64,000 bases of DNA from Pecten maximus (lineage: Eukaryota): the NCBI RefSeq assembly GCF_902652985.1, contig NC_047029.1, forward strand, positions 5,456,001 to 5,520,000. The letters are read 5' to 3'. The notes below the pieces were generated by a model that saw nothing but the letters and a program-made list of their open reading frames with translations, had not been told where the DNA came from and made no database searches. This document shows positions 39,220 to 54,138 of the stretch, piece after piece (position 1 is the first letter of the stretch; each line of letters starts with the position of its first letter). A program made the position numbers and the translations under genes.

Positions 39220-39605
39220 GAAGAGAGAGAGAGGGGGGGGGGGGGGGGCGTTTGTTGTCGCCAAATCAAGTCAAATATTTCATTTACTTCTCACCAGTAA
39301 ACATGTAATCAATAAAAAGGGCACTCATACTCTCCATATATGAGAGGTGATAAAAAAAGAAAGACAACACTCTAAAAGAGAGGGGGGGGGCTTATGCTGT
39401 CACCTTGGGATAGGAGTCGGCGTTTGGAGCTTTTAGCTCGCCTCACGAAGAGAGGGGGGTAATATATTGTCACATCGAGAACTGATTTGGCGTTTGGAGC
39501 TTTTTATGTCACCTCATGGAGAGAGAGGGAGCATATGTTGTCATCCTTGGGTCGGCGTCGGCTTGTAGAGATTTTACGCTCGCCTCACGAAGAGAGGGGG
39601 AACTA
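39220..39605 (+). repeat. Degenerate ~70-bp repeats with (AG)n-poly(G) tracts, resembling left ends of pearl/HINE-like non-autonomous elements
   Basis: Recurrent ggcgtttggagctttt, gctcgcctcacgaagagagggg and tgtcaccttggg..ggcgtcggc; G16 run near 39233. Confidence 0.5.
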
Positions 39606-41180
39606 ATGTTTTCATTCAAACCTCAGTTTCGAAATGATAAGGTTTTGGAGGTTTTGAAAGTTATCTGTAAACTCCTCTATATTCTCACATATAATATATA
39701 TTGTTTCATGGTTGCTGAGGGGTTAAAGTTAACATTTACTTTCTGTAATCGCTAAGAATACTTTTGGGGAAATATCTTTTTTAGACTTAGACTTGCTACG
39801 CAAAATGTAATATAACGTTTTTGATGTTAGTGTTGAAAGACATCAGTAAACTCCTTTATTATTGTACTTGGGTGTTAACATTTGGTTTTGGGGTAGTGGT
39901 AGTTGTTTTAACTATAATTTCCCGGAGTCAAACATGTTAACTACAATACAAAACCAAACACAAACTATGTCTACCTTTGTATATTGCAATATAATTTTGC
40001 TTAAATATCGCTATCTTTGGACATACCATCTAGTTGATTAACTCATTCCCTGATTCTAGTGTGAGCTATAGTGATATATAGTTTGAGGCGAGCTTTACAC
40101 CAAAATTGGTACTCTTTTTCAAGCAGGTTCTTCATATTATTGAGGTGGTAATATTTTGTCATCATCTAATAGACTGCAACAATATTTTTAAGAATCCGAC
40201 GTGCAACGTCCGTGCAGCATGGCTATCAGGCATCAACGCGAAAAGGTTAAAATGGGCGACAGTTAAAGATACAATGTACTCCAAATGGGCAGAAATTATA
40301 GCGAATATCAAGTAAGACTATCATTTTTCCGCGAAGAAATCTGATTACTTGTACTGTTGAAACAAAATAGGCTATTAGCTTTACTCGGTAAAAGACTAAC
40401 CCTGTAATATCGATTTCCAGGACAGCTAAGGTTTTGCGCGGTGAAAAAGAAGGGAATAAGTTATCGAAAATATATTTCTTAAAGGTACCGAATCAAGCCC
40501 CTATCCATCTAACTTAAACGCGACAACTTATGTAAAAGTACATGTTGAATATAACCCCGGAAAATGCTTTGAACGTAAAGGGTAACCATCCCTAATTTCC
40601 CTTGGATAGTTCCCACCCATTTTCTACCCGAGTATTTCCGTTTATCTTATGTTAGAAACATACCTAGTCGATCATTTGATTTGTTCTGAATACAATTGCC
40701 CTTTATATACCAATTTTCCTTAGACTGATTTCGTCTATCACTCGGGCGAAACACGATTGTCGAGGCAGTACGTGTAGATCTCTTAACCTTATCCCCAGAC
40801 AGTGTTACGGCTTCTCACATCGTTAGGCGTGGGACGGACCTATCCGTCTTTCAAACAATCATTGACAGTTTATCGAGAGACGTTGACGTGTAATTCGCTT
40901 CACTAAATAACCACCGTTCATCGTCTGACCTCGTGATAAATTCATCAAGTATTTCGTTCAGAAATTTTTAGTTTTGGATTTTGGTCATTGTTTAGTCTAG
41001 GATTTGTCTTCTGTATTGATGCCTTCATTAACCAAGCCTAAGCGACGCTACTCCACCGGTATAGATAATCATTTCGGAAATGATACTTTCAACTGACATA
41101 AAGGTAACGCAGTAAACAGATTTCTTAGTACCTCCTGTCAATAGCTTTGTGCATTTAAGGAAGGCCTTACATGTGTGCTG

Positions 41181-41394
41181 GGGGGCCGCAGTGGCCGAGT
41201 GGTTAAGGTGTCATGACACTTTATCACCAGCCTTCCTTCTCTTGGTTGCGATTTCGAAACCTACGTGGGGCAGTTGCCAGGTACTGACTGTAGGCCAGTG
41301 TTTTTTCTCCGGGTACTCCGGCTTTCCTCCACCTCCAAAACCTGGCACGTCCTTAAATGACCCTGCATGTTAATAGGACGTTAAACAAAAAAAA
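41181..41394 (+). mobile_element. tRNA-derived V-domain-like SINE
   Basis: A box tggccgagtgg, B-box-like tttcgaaacc, ttttctccgggtactccggctttcctcc core, shared tail; near-identical to 48169-48390. Confidence 0.88.
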
Positions 41395-42519
41395 TCATCT
41401 GTGTGCGAGATGCATGTATAAGGTGAATGTGTTTGTGTTTTGGGAAGCTTCAGGATTTTGACAATAATATATACCACTCATTCTAGTGTAGATGTACTTT
41501 CAGTGACACTGACTAATGTATCTACGTGAAGTCATTTCGAAGTGGAACTATTGGTAAAAAGGCACATTAATGTTCTATTTTTGGAGCAAATCTCGTTGAA
41601 TATTCAAGTCCTTGAGATGTTTAGATTTCCTATTCAAAAGTTAAAGCATATATGTACATAGATGATTTACGACTAGGCATTTTGACAACTAATGGTTTTT
41701 GCACATCTTGAGTGCTGTTATTTATCAATTTAACCGATAGTAGACGAAAATATGAAATATTCATCGGGACTCTACTCCACCTTATCGAGCTGCAACTAAT
41801 GAGAAAGTTCATCTGGCTAGTGTTCCTGCACGTCTTTGATCCTAAACCGTAGACATCGTCCCGTGTTAGAAATCGATCTCTCGTCCGCATATTCTGCATA
41901 CTCGATTTCAAGAATATAGAATGTTCCTTTTTTGTCCATAGCAATATAAACGCAGCAACAAAATACTACATACATTTTATTAAATGCCACATACTATAGG
42001 AAAGATTTATGCCAACAAAAATGTCATTACAAGGTGTACGGGGGTTACGCCTGTGGGATGTTCGAGTGATATTTTATTGATAGCATGTCTATAGTAGATT
42101 TGAATTAATATTATATTATCTTCAAAAACATTACTTAATATCATTTTCAAGTATTAACCTTCGAATTGCTGCCGAACATCTTGAATAGAACATCAATAGC
42201 GGACGAAGCCACGCCGGGAACGTAATGATCACCTTAACATACATTGCGTAGGAATGTAAACTACACTTGAACAAGATTGATGCAAACGTTTTTAATGATA
42301 ACACATGCTTGGTCGTTAAAGCACATGTGTGTAATCTATAAAAACAATAAATAATTACAGTAGTCATTTTAGCTGCATTTCATTTGGATTCCTGTTGTGT
42401 GTATGGCAAAAATACGCTATACATGCAGCAAAAACGCTTAGCATTTCGTCTTCATATTTTTCATGACATAAACTCTATTCAGTCATGTGGGCGCTTTATC
42501 TCGGAATGGAAGATGACAG

Positions 42520-42890
42520 TTGGTTTGGGGATTCCGTTTAACGTCCTATCAACACTAATATTGTTCGGGCCGTTAGGTCAAAGCTTACTTCGGTTGAACC
42601 AACTGAAGGACCATTTTGCTGAAATATGTTGCAGACAGGCTATCTATCTATCCATTGCGGTCCACTATACTGATATCGGAATTGGCCAATGATGATTCCT
42701 TGGAGACCGTGCGTAGTACTGAACGCTAAGCAGGGGACGTCAAATACTATATGTATTGACTTAAGTATGTCACGGCCTCGCGACAAAAAGCAATTGTGCG
42801 ACGCACTTGACAATAAAAAACGTTTTTATGACAGGAGAGAATAGATAATAATAATTTTAAAAATCCCAAATTTAATTGCCTCTAACAAAT
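42520..42890 (-). mobile_element. Old diverged copy of the long SINE
   Basis: gtttaacgtcctatcaac tail, ctaagcagg and tatgtcacggcc internal motifs, atcccaaatttaattgcctct leader remnant, all in the expected order. Confidence 0.55.
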
Positions 42891-45139
42891 GATGAAATTG
42901 GGATATTTAATATAATTCTTTCAGTATATCTATGCCATATGGGAATGAAAATTGTGGAAACATTCAACGTTTTTGAATAATGAAAATAATGATTCATATA
43001 ATTATGTGATGTCACTATGACCAAAAAAATGGATTTTTTTTTTAATGTCAAAAACATTTTTTATGTATCTTATAAAATAAAATGCTGCGGTTGTTAATTA
43101 AATCTTGTTAAGCCTATTGATTTCAGGGTAGTCTTGAATTTCGCAAATATCAGTTTTTATATTTAAAAGACTGTCATTCGGCCTGCGTGCTCACGTCATA
43201 GTTATACAAACAATACCGGGTTTTTATAACGCGCGTGTATAGAATGACTATTTCCAGTCCTCGTTACACGAACATGTTCGAATATCACGTATAACTACCT
43301 TGTTAATCTATTATTTATTACAATTAGAAACCACATCATTGCCGGGGTTCTCTGTATATGTGTCTAACTATGACATAATATGTTTTTTTCTCGAGAGCGG
43401 ACAAAAGAAAATAAATCAGGCCCACAGTACTTAACCGAGTTAATGGTGATTATATATCCGCATTAATGGTGTGTTTTTTTTCAATATTGTTTTACGGTCC
43501 ATCAACACTTGATGTCATTCAAGGCGTAATTACACCATGCAGGGACGCCCTAAAAGAAAAAGAAAATATCATTTGTTTTAAATCATAGCATAGCTTTTGG
43601 TTATGATACCGGCGTGAACGTTATCAAATATTTATAATGTAATGACATATAATGTATAAAAACTATTTAATTGACTCTGTTGAACAATCGTATACCATAA
43701 TCCTGCTAGCAACGAGGTCCTTGAAAGACAGGTATGTGGATTATATACAATTATTGCCTTCTGATAAGGTTGAAATGTTGTTCCATTAACATTAGAAAAG
43801 TTATTAACCGAAGACAAAGTCCATGTATCCATGTATTGAGACCCTAAATACAAAGGCTTTAATAGTTTTATTATAAATTGTAATTAAAATATTAGTGAAT
43901 AAAAGCAAACAATCACTTAAAACGACTTTAGATGAAAACAAATTAAACATTACGCATTCAAAACTAATTAACTATTCATCAAAGATGCACTTATTGTTTT
44001 ATTTTTTGTTAAATATACATGTAATCGTTTCAAAGCTTTCAGAGACACTACTTGTGTGGTATTATCGGACAAAGTCGAGGAAGTAATTCATACATGTAAT
44101 TTTTTAACACCCAGTCAATCAGCTTTCTCGATTAATTTTTTCTTTCGATATTGTAGCTAACGGGGAGTCATGTGACCTTCTTTCAGCCAATCAAAATATC
44201 ATTTTATCATAGAAATGTTTGTCGTTAGGTAGGAACTTTATTTAGTTTGTGGTATCAGCTGTTTGATATCGGTATTGTGATCTTGAGTTGGTGTGACAAC
44301 AAATCTAAATGGTAAAGGGGTAATTGCAAAAAAAGCGATTGACTTCTCATTAAATGTTTCATTAAATACATATCTTCTACATACACATTTCCGAGTAATG
44401 ATTTATGTGTAGTCCTACTAAAATCTTCTGAATGTTAAGAGACATCGAGTGCGACTAGATCTAATGCGGTTGTTTTGTTCCTATCTGGACAGTTTTTGTT
44501 TTTCGTTTAATCTGACTTGAATAGCGAGTCGTCGTCCTTTACTGTTGTAGTTATACTCCGGGACTCTGGTAGGATTTCCGGGGAAGTAGCCAATATCTAC
44601 TACAATAAGACTTAGCCTGCAAATGACTACCCAGGAGGCAAAGCACATCAAGTTTGTTTCAATGTCATATATACACTTTTTATGGTTGTTTGAAACGTAC
44701 GTAGATCTAGGATTGAACAAAACATTGTCAGTCTCGTGCGATTCATATTGTTTCGCTCTAATAAAAGCCCTCCTGATTTGACGTTTTACAATATCAGTTT
44801 ATGTGCTGCATGTTTCACGGCCGAATGAAACAAAAGGAGTTTACGCTCAGCTGAGGAAGGATAACAAATCAGATATGAACAAGCTCAACGTATACATAAA
44901 TTGATTGATTATGTTAATTTTAACAGCCCGTCGACAATAAAATGTCCGTGTCTTTTCGTGAATCAATTCGCTCCTATTGTTTACGCTTTTGTTTAGTGAC
45001 GTGCAGTATAACATTATATTATGTAATACGTCATACGAGTTGGCATGAAAATAGTTATGCCTCCGATACCAATATCCTTGCAATGTTTGGGTCCTCGCAA
45101 TTTTTGGGTAGTCGGGTGGAACAGTGATACATTTCCTGT

Positions 45140-45300
45140 CTTTTACCCAGGCGGCCGAGACTCGATTTCCCGATCGGACGTAAACAGTAAGGTGATAACC
45201 TTTCCGACCACGTGGGTTTCCTCCGGGGACTCCGTTTTCTCTAACAGTGATACCCTTCGCTTTCTTCCATCCTGACCAACACGGGGGATTAAAATAAGTT
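45140..45300 (+). mobile_element. Diverged V-domain-like SINE of another subfamily
   Basis: cacgtgggtttcctccggggactccgttttct core preceded by a B-box-like tcgatttccc. Confidence 0.5.
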
Positions 45301-46264
45301 TACGTTTACACTCTCGTAATCTTGTCTACTAAATGGTGAAACAAAGGATGCACTTTAGTGAAGTAAAGATTCATCGATACTGGTAGGCGTGTATTTTACT
45401 ACCGCGCCTTATAATTTATCTGTGTATTTTTTTGTACCGTAACAAAATCCATCGATTAAAATCAACACTACTAATTAACTGAGATAACGTTACTCATCAA
45501 TTACATTGAGTTAGTGTTATCTGTTATATTTAGTCCCTAGCATCAATGACGAATCCTAGAAGGACGTAAAAGCTGTACGATGTCCCTAACATCAATGTTG
45601 TGTCTTGACTTGAAGATTGACTGAAGATGTAGCTGCTGTTAGACTCTTTTAATTCTTTCTAATGTCTCACTTGACACTGCCCTACTTTTTATAACAATTT
45701 TAGTTCATCCCTATAAATATACACATGAACATAACACATAAAATCCTTCTTCCGCATAAGAATCGGATTCAGAAACAAGTTTTGCATTTCATATCTCCGT
45801 TTCTAAGGTGCATGCACTGTTTAGATATGGCGTGTAGCAGAAAAAAGAAATGTTTAGGAGTAAATATGTGTATACGTGGATGAGAGAAGAAAATGAGAGA
45901 CTTGGAAAAGTAGGGAGGAAGTGATGAGGACAGAATATAGAAAGTTTTCTATGTCATAGTAAGAAGTCTATATATGAAAGATGCCATGTTTTGAGGCTTC
46001 GATTTTGGGCCAATGGATAGCCATTCGAATATCTTCGATTAAATAATACAGTCTTGGACACACGAACAAAATCAGAGAATTTTTTCTCATTTGTTAGTTC
46101 ATTGTCACTTAACAGGCGTGTATCGGTAGAGATTTGGTAATTAACTATATTAAAACATCGAATTGAAGTTAAGAGAAAAGCCGACAACATAATACAAAAT
46201 CGTTGGTTTCCTCTTCTTAATCTCGTGAGCATAACGGTCAATTTACGGTGTTTTTTCGATATCA

Positions 46265-46750
46265 ACACGATTCCAGGGAACTGTACTCATCCCCAATCTC
46301 GCATGGTGAATCTGACCCAGTCTGCTACCGCTATTATAGTAAGCTGGCCTTTTTGGTCTAATGCATTTAAGTGATTTCAACTTTTTGTTTGTTGGGTAAC
46401 TTTTATTAGAGTCCAACAAAGAGTTCCAGAGGCCAATTTCTGATAGCAGAAACGTTTTAATGTACGTATTTGTACGCCAGGCAGGTGAACGACAGTTGTT
46501 GCGAAGAAGGGTATTGTGATCATGGATGCTGTTATTACGTAGAAGGATTCCTTGTAGATACTTAATGACCTTAACCTTTTTGTAGAAATGAATGATTTTG
46601 TGATGTTTGCGTCTTTTCTCTAGAGGGATCCAGCTTGTTTCAAGATACAATTTCACTCTATTAGTTTACCTGTTGCCTCCAGTAATGATAGTGCTGCCTC
46701 TAATTGAAGGACAGATTGAGCTTTAGTAAGATTATTCCAGATTATGTAAA
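46265..46750 (-). mobile_element. Decayed CR1/L2-group non-LTR retrotransposon ORF2 C-terminal fragment
   Basis: KLYLETSWIPLEKRRKHHK..FYK, RT..Y..TFL...I.LWNSL, GSR..QIHHARL motifs; upstream QLEAA-like codons. Confidence 0.75.
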
Positions 46751-48168
46751 TTTGAATTTGCGTAATATATCATTACTTAGCGAAATCTTTGTTTCGATAT
46801 AGTTGATATATGATCAGTCTGACCACTATTTCTTGATAGGTTCATGCCAAGGTGTTTATGTCAACAGACTTTTGTAAGAAGAGTGTTACTCATAAGGAAA
46901 TACTGGGTTTTTTAGTAGAACGATACAGCTGTATGATGTCCCTAGCACAACTATATGCTATTTCTATCTGTCGTGTGTACATCAAGATCAGGTAACGCAG
47001 AATTAAGAAATGTAGTCCTAATCCGTTTTAGAATGTTTCTCACATTTTGTTTGAAGGAGTAACATCTTACGTATGATAGTCGTTTTGGTTTCCGGCACAC
47101 AAGCGAAAATAATACCAGGTAAAGAAAAAGAAATTTAGGTTCGGGATGGCTTGGTAAATGTATGCTATCAATTGTAAACTGTCTTTTTGATCCTGTGGTC
47201 GTTATCCTTGTCGTCTACCAACGTTTTTGTCCTGCTTCTCTCTTGTTGTTCTTTTTTGTTGGTCGCAGGAATAGTGAACCCCTGCAGTAAACATAGTCAA
47301 AATACCTATAGTTATTTATTAGAACGTTTTTTTTCATCACATCAGATGCTGGATAAATGTTTCCGGATTTCTTTACGTAAGCACATATCGTTTGTTTGTA
47401 GTATTTGAACAACAAATGTCAATATCAATACGAGAAATTACATAACACCTAACTAGTGACCTCTTCTGTCATATTTCGGTGTTATCACATGCACGTGAGG
47501 TTTGGCGTTATTAATCCTGATTCCTCTCTCAATGGTGAATTCTTTCCCTATGTTGTTGAGGTGAGTTCAGCAAGTAATTTATTCTAATGTGTATAACGAC
47601 CCCTGCTGCGTCCTAAATAATTAATGAAGTCTTTTGTAACAAGTAAAGTGTATACGGTGTATAAAAATACCAAAGGCTGTGGAAATACTTAAACACGGTG
47701 TAAACACTGATTATGAAATAGACTTTGATAAATTAGGTATAGTTAATTGCAAAAGCGTTAAGTGAGGTGCAGCTGTTCTTGTTGGTACTCTCTAGGTTCC
47801 ACCGAAGCTCAAGCAAGTGCATACTATATATCTAAACAAATAATTAGCAAACAACCTATCGGATCAAATCACTTCATCAATCACCACTATGTGATAAAGT
47901 CAATCGACGCCGTTGAACAGGATGGAGATAGATAGGTTTACGTTTAGATAGATAAAAATGCAGTGCATATCGGATATTGTGAAAATAATCACCTGCTGTG
48001 CCCTTCTTTGTGTTGTATTAGATTACTCTAATGGCTAAACATGATGATGTTCCTCTGTGTCATCTGCTGGAAGTTGCCGAAATGACACAAAAATATAGCC
48101 GATATACTGTTTGCAATTTTTAATTATTTTCATTTTTTTGTTTGCTAATGTCATCCTGTCTTCATATA

Positions 48169-48390
48169 GGGGGCCGCAGTGGCCGAGTGGTTTAGGTGTC
48201 CCGACACTTTAACACTATCCCTCCACCTCTGGGTTGCGAGTTCGAAACCTACGTGGGGCAGTTGCCAGGTACTGACCGTAGGCCGGTGGTTTTTCTCCGG
48301 GTACTCCGGCTTTCCTCCACTTCCAAAACCTGGCACGTCCTTAAACGACCCTGGATGTTAATAGGACGTTAAACAAAAACAAACAAACAA
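48169..48390 (+). mobile_element. tRNA-derived V-domain-like SINE, intact
   Basis: A box tggccgagtgg, B box gttcgaaacc, V-like core, tail ending (aaac)n. Confidence 0.9.
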
Positions 48391-50859
48391 GTCTAGCTAC
48401 AGTCCACGTAATTGGTATATACGACTTAACGTTCGGCTGGAAGCAAGTACAGGAAGACTCGTTAAACTCTTTGACAATATGGGACCAATTTGTATTTCAT
48501 GCTATCGTGTAACTGCTCATGCGAGAACGGTTATAGATTTTGTCACACCAGCCTGCAAAACTGGTACCTACTACACAGGCAAAATGGCTGGAGGTAAATT
48601 TGAGTTGAAAAAATATTGACCTGAAATTTATCTAAAATTGACCTGAATCGACATGAAGAAATTTGCCTCTGTACTCATTACTGAATGTTCAGCTTCATTG
48701 AGTTCGCATTATGTAATTGTTTGTCCGTTACTGTTATTATGTGACCGAGCTGGGGTCCATATTTCTGTATCTAGGTATGCCAATGCGGAGTTATGGCCTT
48801 CATGGTCAAATGATCCACATACAACATCTGTTAATGACATTGAACAGGGTAAATACCAATTCTGCTAATGTTGCACTAATGATGCATACCTCTGTCCCAT
48901 TCCGCAGCTACGTGTATCAGTGCCTCTGACTGATTATTCTCTAATGAAGACTTATTAAGGAACAAACGACATGGATAAGGGCATACCTTATTATCCACTC
49001 GCGACGAGGGGATGTATGGAAATGTTTGTACGTACTTACGAAACCAAACGACGTTTTCGCTATAAACACTTAATTAATGATCACATTTTCTAAAACTTCT
49101 TACACTTACAACAAATCATATCGTGTGTGCATGTTTCATTTCAACCACTTTGGAATAAAAATTGAGGTCACTGTAACTATATATAGATTTTTAAATTCCT
49201 TGATAAGCGGATGTCATCAATTTTTAAAATTGTCTGTGTGCTAATTTATCTTTGTGCTATTTATTTTCTATTAGCTGTTGTGTCAACATTTGAGTACGCC
49301 AAAATAATACGTTTTCAGTACATTTTCCAGAATTGTTACAGGTCCAGATTTCGTGGAGACAGTCTTGTATGTTTTGTTTTTTAGGAGTTTGATATCCTCG
49401 CAACAGTGCAAAGGTTAAGACAGGCTCAGGATATTTCATGACATCAAATTTGTCAAAGTATATAAACAAAACAAAACAAAAAACAAAATTGATCGAGTAG
49501 TATGAAGATTTAAACCTCAGACCAATTAGACCGATATGGCTAGACATTTATCAACAGACTAGACGCTTTAGTTACAGCATGTTCTTAACCAAAGTTTCAA
49601 ATCCTACTAGATCATGGTTTTGATGGCACGATTTCTACCACTGGACGGAGTCGAATGCATTTGATCAATACCGAGCAATAAAATTAATCATGAAACTGTC
49701 ACATCAGCATGATTGATACTGCTTACTCCGCCGTTTAGTGTTGTGTATTGCTGTGTCCGACTACTTTACCATTTATAAAGGTTTGTGCCATTTTTTCTAT
49801 CAACCGATATTGTAGTTCATAACCCTTGGTCCTCCATGGGGTCCCTGATATACACAAAAGGGTCTGTTGAGTCAATCTAATGGGCACGTTGCATAGGTGT
49901 ATGAAGGCGAATCTGGAATGGATATCGATGCTGTTATTACATCCGATAATAAATGAAAAGCAGGATATTATTTCCTGGGCAGCTATATTTACAAACTCAG
50001 TAAACATGTAAATGTAATGGAGGTCGCTCGGATCAATTGCCGCACGAAAAACAGGACAATAAATCTGACAGTTATATACGAATACCGGGAACTACATTGT
50101 TTTGTGTATAACAATAGTTTTAATACAGCAAACAGATCAATGACGTATCCCTGTAGGCTTGACCGTTTTTGTTTGTTTTGGGTTTTTTTGTTCAGTATAT
50201 ATTTATTTATTATTTTTGACGTAATTATTTCTTTTCTATATTCATCTCCTTTTGAAATATATTAGATTACAGCCTTCCACAAAGTGTTAAATACAGTGGA
50301 GTGTATTGTAGTAAACACACTTGGCCAGCGAATATGCCTTCCATAGCGTTACGACAAATGTACTATGATGCTCTGTCCGCCCTGTAGTCTATCTAAATAC
50401 GTTTTTCTGGACTTGTTAAATACACATGACAACGTTAACTTCCACAGAGTGCGACTGTGGTGAGAAATCGGCACTTCTGACATTTCAAATTGTATTTGTC
50501 ACGGTACTATTTTTTTTTTTTACATTGTTCGTTTGCTTTGCAGTGGTTTCCTTTCTTCACACTTTTTATCCATCAGTTCATCCTAATGACATTATCTGAT
50601 GGGCCGTGGGGATTATAATAGTTGTTATGGTAACCGCTGATGAAATTACTCAGTGCGAGAGGGGTAAACGAGATACATGTAAGCCTCTGATCTCTTCTCA
50701 TGTCTCCCTTGAAACTCCCTCATTTTTGAGATGAGCGAATCAGCGAATGAGGCAGACTTTGTGGTCGGTCCTTAGGCTTTCCAATTCAAGGACCATCAAA
50801 CTAATTAGGTTGTCAATAATAATGACTATTAAAATATTATGTTGTAAAAGGCAAGGATT

Positions 50860-51330
50860 GCTAAAATAATAGCTCGTTACGTACAAAGATCATTTAAATA
50901 TCAAGGTTTTCACATACAAGGATCATTAAAATATCGGGTCACAATCAAGGATAATTAAAATATCAATGTTTTTACTTACAATAATTATTAAAATAGTAAG
51001 GTTGTCTCTTACAAGCATCTTTCAAATGAAATATAATGTTCTCCGTTTTACTCTGCAATTGTGGGTGTAGACAAGAAAACAATGCAACTTCTAGATGTCA
51101 GTGAAATTGAGCAGGATATATCATGGACAAATGTGATACTATAAAATATCATACAAATGTTTCTATTTAAACAGGACCAACTGTCATTTCACTAAACTGT
51201 CGTCTTAAAGGGCATTCTCAGTGAAATGTCGTAAAAATAGTCACGAACCGTCCTAAAGAAGTTTCTATTCATAGGGCCATTTCACTGAGGTGTCCCTTCA
51301 AAGGGTTGTTCCACTGAAATGTCGTTTCAA
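50860..51330. repeat. Two short degenerate tandem repeats (~38-bp acaaggatcattaaaatatc type; ~30-bp catttcactgaaatgtcgt type)
   Basis: Four to five decayed copies of each, read directly. Confidence 0.5.
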
Positions 51331-54138
51331 AGACCACTATTAGCCTCCAACGTCTTTTTTGGTCCAACATGGAATTTTACTGACTAATACTTTAAATCAT
51401 AACTATAGTGCTATACGACTAAATAATAAAGGTATCCCATCGTTGTCTGAAATATGACGCTAGATGTCAAACTCGGGGAAATTCTTAGATTCAATTCCAC
51501 TATTATTCCTATTTGAGATATTTGATTTTGAAAGACAACACTTGCATGCATGATGCTACATGTAGTTATATAAATCATTCGACACATACTTAACTCATCT
51601 TTAAGCTGACAGCGTACGCTTAAAAGCTTCCATACATAATTGATAAAAAAAAAAAAAACAGATTTAAAGTTTTTAAAATACTTCTGAGATGTGGCCCTAT
51701 TATAACGACATCTTCCGGTTTAAATAGCTAGGGAAGTGCAGACATTTTAGTGTATGCATTGTGAAAATCAGTTATAATTATATCATTGTAACAGGAAGGC
51801 GACTTATCTATGCGATCATATGCTTTCTCGATTTCTTTAAAGGTGTTTTTTATTCTACATAATTGAGTTATCGGAAAATACTTGGGAAAGCAAAAGAAAG
51901 TGATAGTTATTTCCATTATGGTATATGACAAAATGGAGACGCTACCTTGACAGTCATGTGCAATACAAAACATCCACGACATGGTACTTCTGCACGTGTT
52001 TCTCTATAATATATCCGCGTGCTATACTCAAGATTTCTAACAGTGAACAAAGCGCTACAATGTCAATTTATTTCATTTTATCACAATGTGTAGAGGCATG
52101 AAAATGAATCATAACAACGTTAATAGTTAGTCATTACTATTTCTGATAGTCTAAGTGGACCTCCTTGCATAACACCAAGTTGGGTGAAAGGGTACAGTAA
52201 CAAGATGTAGATAATTTCCACGTAATGGAAATTTGATAATCAATTATAACAGACTACAATGTATACATTTACTGTTATTTTGATATCAAATATGTCTTAT
52301 TCACATGAACGAAGTAAGTAAAGTGATACATTTAATTAGAATAAGATGCACTGTTTTCACAAAGTTTAAAATGTATACAATAATGTCAATTTAAATTAGT
52401 TAAGTTGTAATCATAGTCTTTATTTTATACTTCTTTAAAAAAAAACTATTAGTCATCAAATATATCGTATATGATAATTAACAGCGAAAATCATTTAAGG
52501 ACGTGGCCGACACATGTCGGCATTACATATTAGGAAAGGTTTGGAGTGTTACAGGGTGGTCTGTTATGTTCATTATCGTTCAATAAGTCATTGTCACATC
52601 CAAGCCAAACTTTTGGCAGGGTAAGGATAAATCAGGTTCTGTAAATGCTAAATAATTTGAATGGGATTAATATGGAAGGCATTCAAGATGTCATCTGTTC
52701 AAAACAAAATGACTTGCTTTTCCACAAAATGCATGAAAATAAATATTTCGTTATGAAAATAATAATTTCTATCGGTTTTGTGACAATCTGCTATTATTGA
52801 TACATTAGATACGTAATTAGATAATTAGCTAAGTGCATCATCGATACATTTTGGTTGAATGTAAAGTCACGGGAACCAACTTTGCTTTCAGAAAGCAATG
52901 TATCGGTAAGTGGTCTCTAAGGGTAAACAGTTTTTAGGGCGACCCTCTCTGGGAAATTTACATTGCTTGGAACCTTTTCTTTGTGTGTTGAAACCATTTT
53001 ATGAGCATGTCGTTTACAACGACAGGACGAACTATATTATTTCTTCTGTAAAATTCGTCTGTTCTTGGGTTTACTGATGTAAAAAGAATATATATATATA
53101 TATATGTAAATATGAACATTGACCTGTTATCAGATGCTAGTATCGATATGACTATATTTAGGCTACAGTGAAATAGAATATCAACATTAATATTTATCTT
53201 TAAATCATATTTGGAAACACATTTCGCTGGTGGCCGCGGCAACTACTAAGCCATTTTCCATGCATTCACAGTCTCGTTATCCGTAACATGTACAACGTGA
53301 TGTCCGTTGCCATGGATACGGTTGATATCATTTATTTGTTCCTGTCGCTCCAGAAAATGCACGGATGTCGACCCTGGGATCTTCCTGGGGATGACCATTA
53401 CTCGTGTATATATAAAATGATAATAATCATGTAGCGTCACGTCTCTTGTCAACTTTATCATCGGAAATCCAAGACCAAGAACAAAAAGCACTTTGATTAG
53501 AAAAAACGATCACGCAGACAAATTCGCATCACCACTACCACGTAATGATTTTGAAGCACCTTTTACCGGTTTCAAGCTACTTATAATAAAGTTTGTGATG
53601 TTCAAGTGGTAAGATAATTGGTCCTAATGTGTAGAGAAATTACACTCGATTACACCCAAAATAGTGTTCATGCTATGGAAGATGGAGTAGAGTCGAAGCT
53701 ATCCTCACTTACCTGCGGATATATCATTCAAGCATATATTAGCCATGGTGCTGTAAGTTAATTCACATGTAGATTTAGGCAACCACTTGAATTATCAACA
53801 TACCTTTCGTCCTTTGTCTATTAATCCATTAAAACATTAAGTTATGGAGTTCTCTCTGTGTCATAGGGACAAGCCGTTTTCAAATTATCTATAACCTAGT
53901 TGTACAATATCACTATAATTCAGTCAAATTGGATTGCAAAATGAAAATGGCAATATCTCTGTCAAATTGTACACACAGCACAACGAAGACTGTTCACAGG
54001 GTCAACAGTGCACACCAAATTTATTCGTTGATCAATAAACCATGGCCGTTTAATCATGGTCGTATTTTTTATTTGCACGGGATTTGAAGCCAACTTACGA
54101 TTGATGTCGTATATGCACGAAGCCGTGTCCACAGTGGA

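Noticed and set aside
41181-48390. tRNA genes at 41181 and 48169
   Set aside because: A/B boxes belong to SINE heads; no complete cloverleaf, and SINE body and tail follow.
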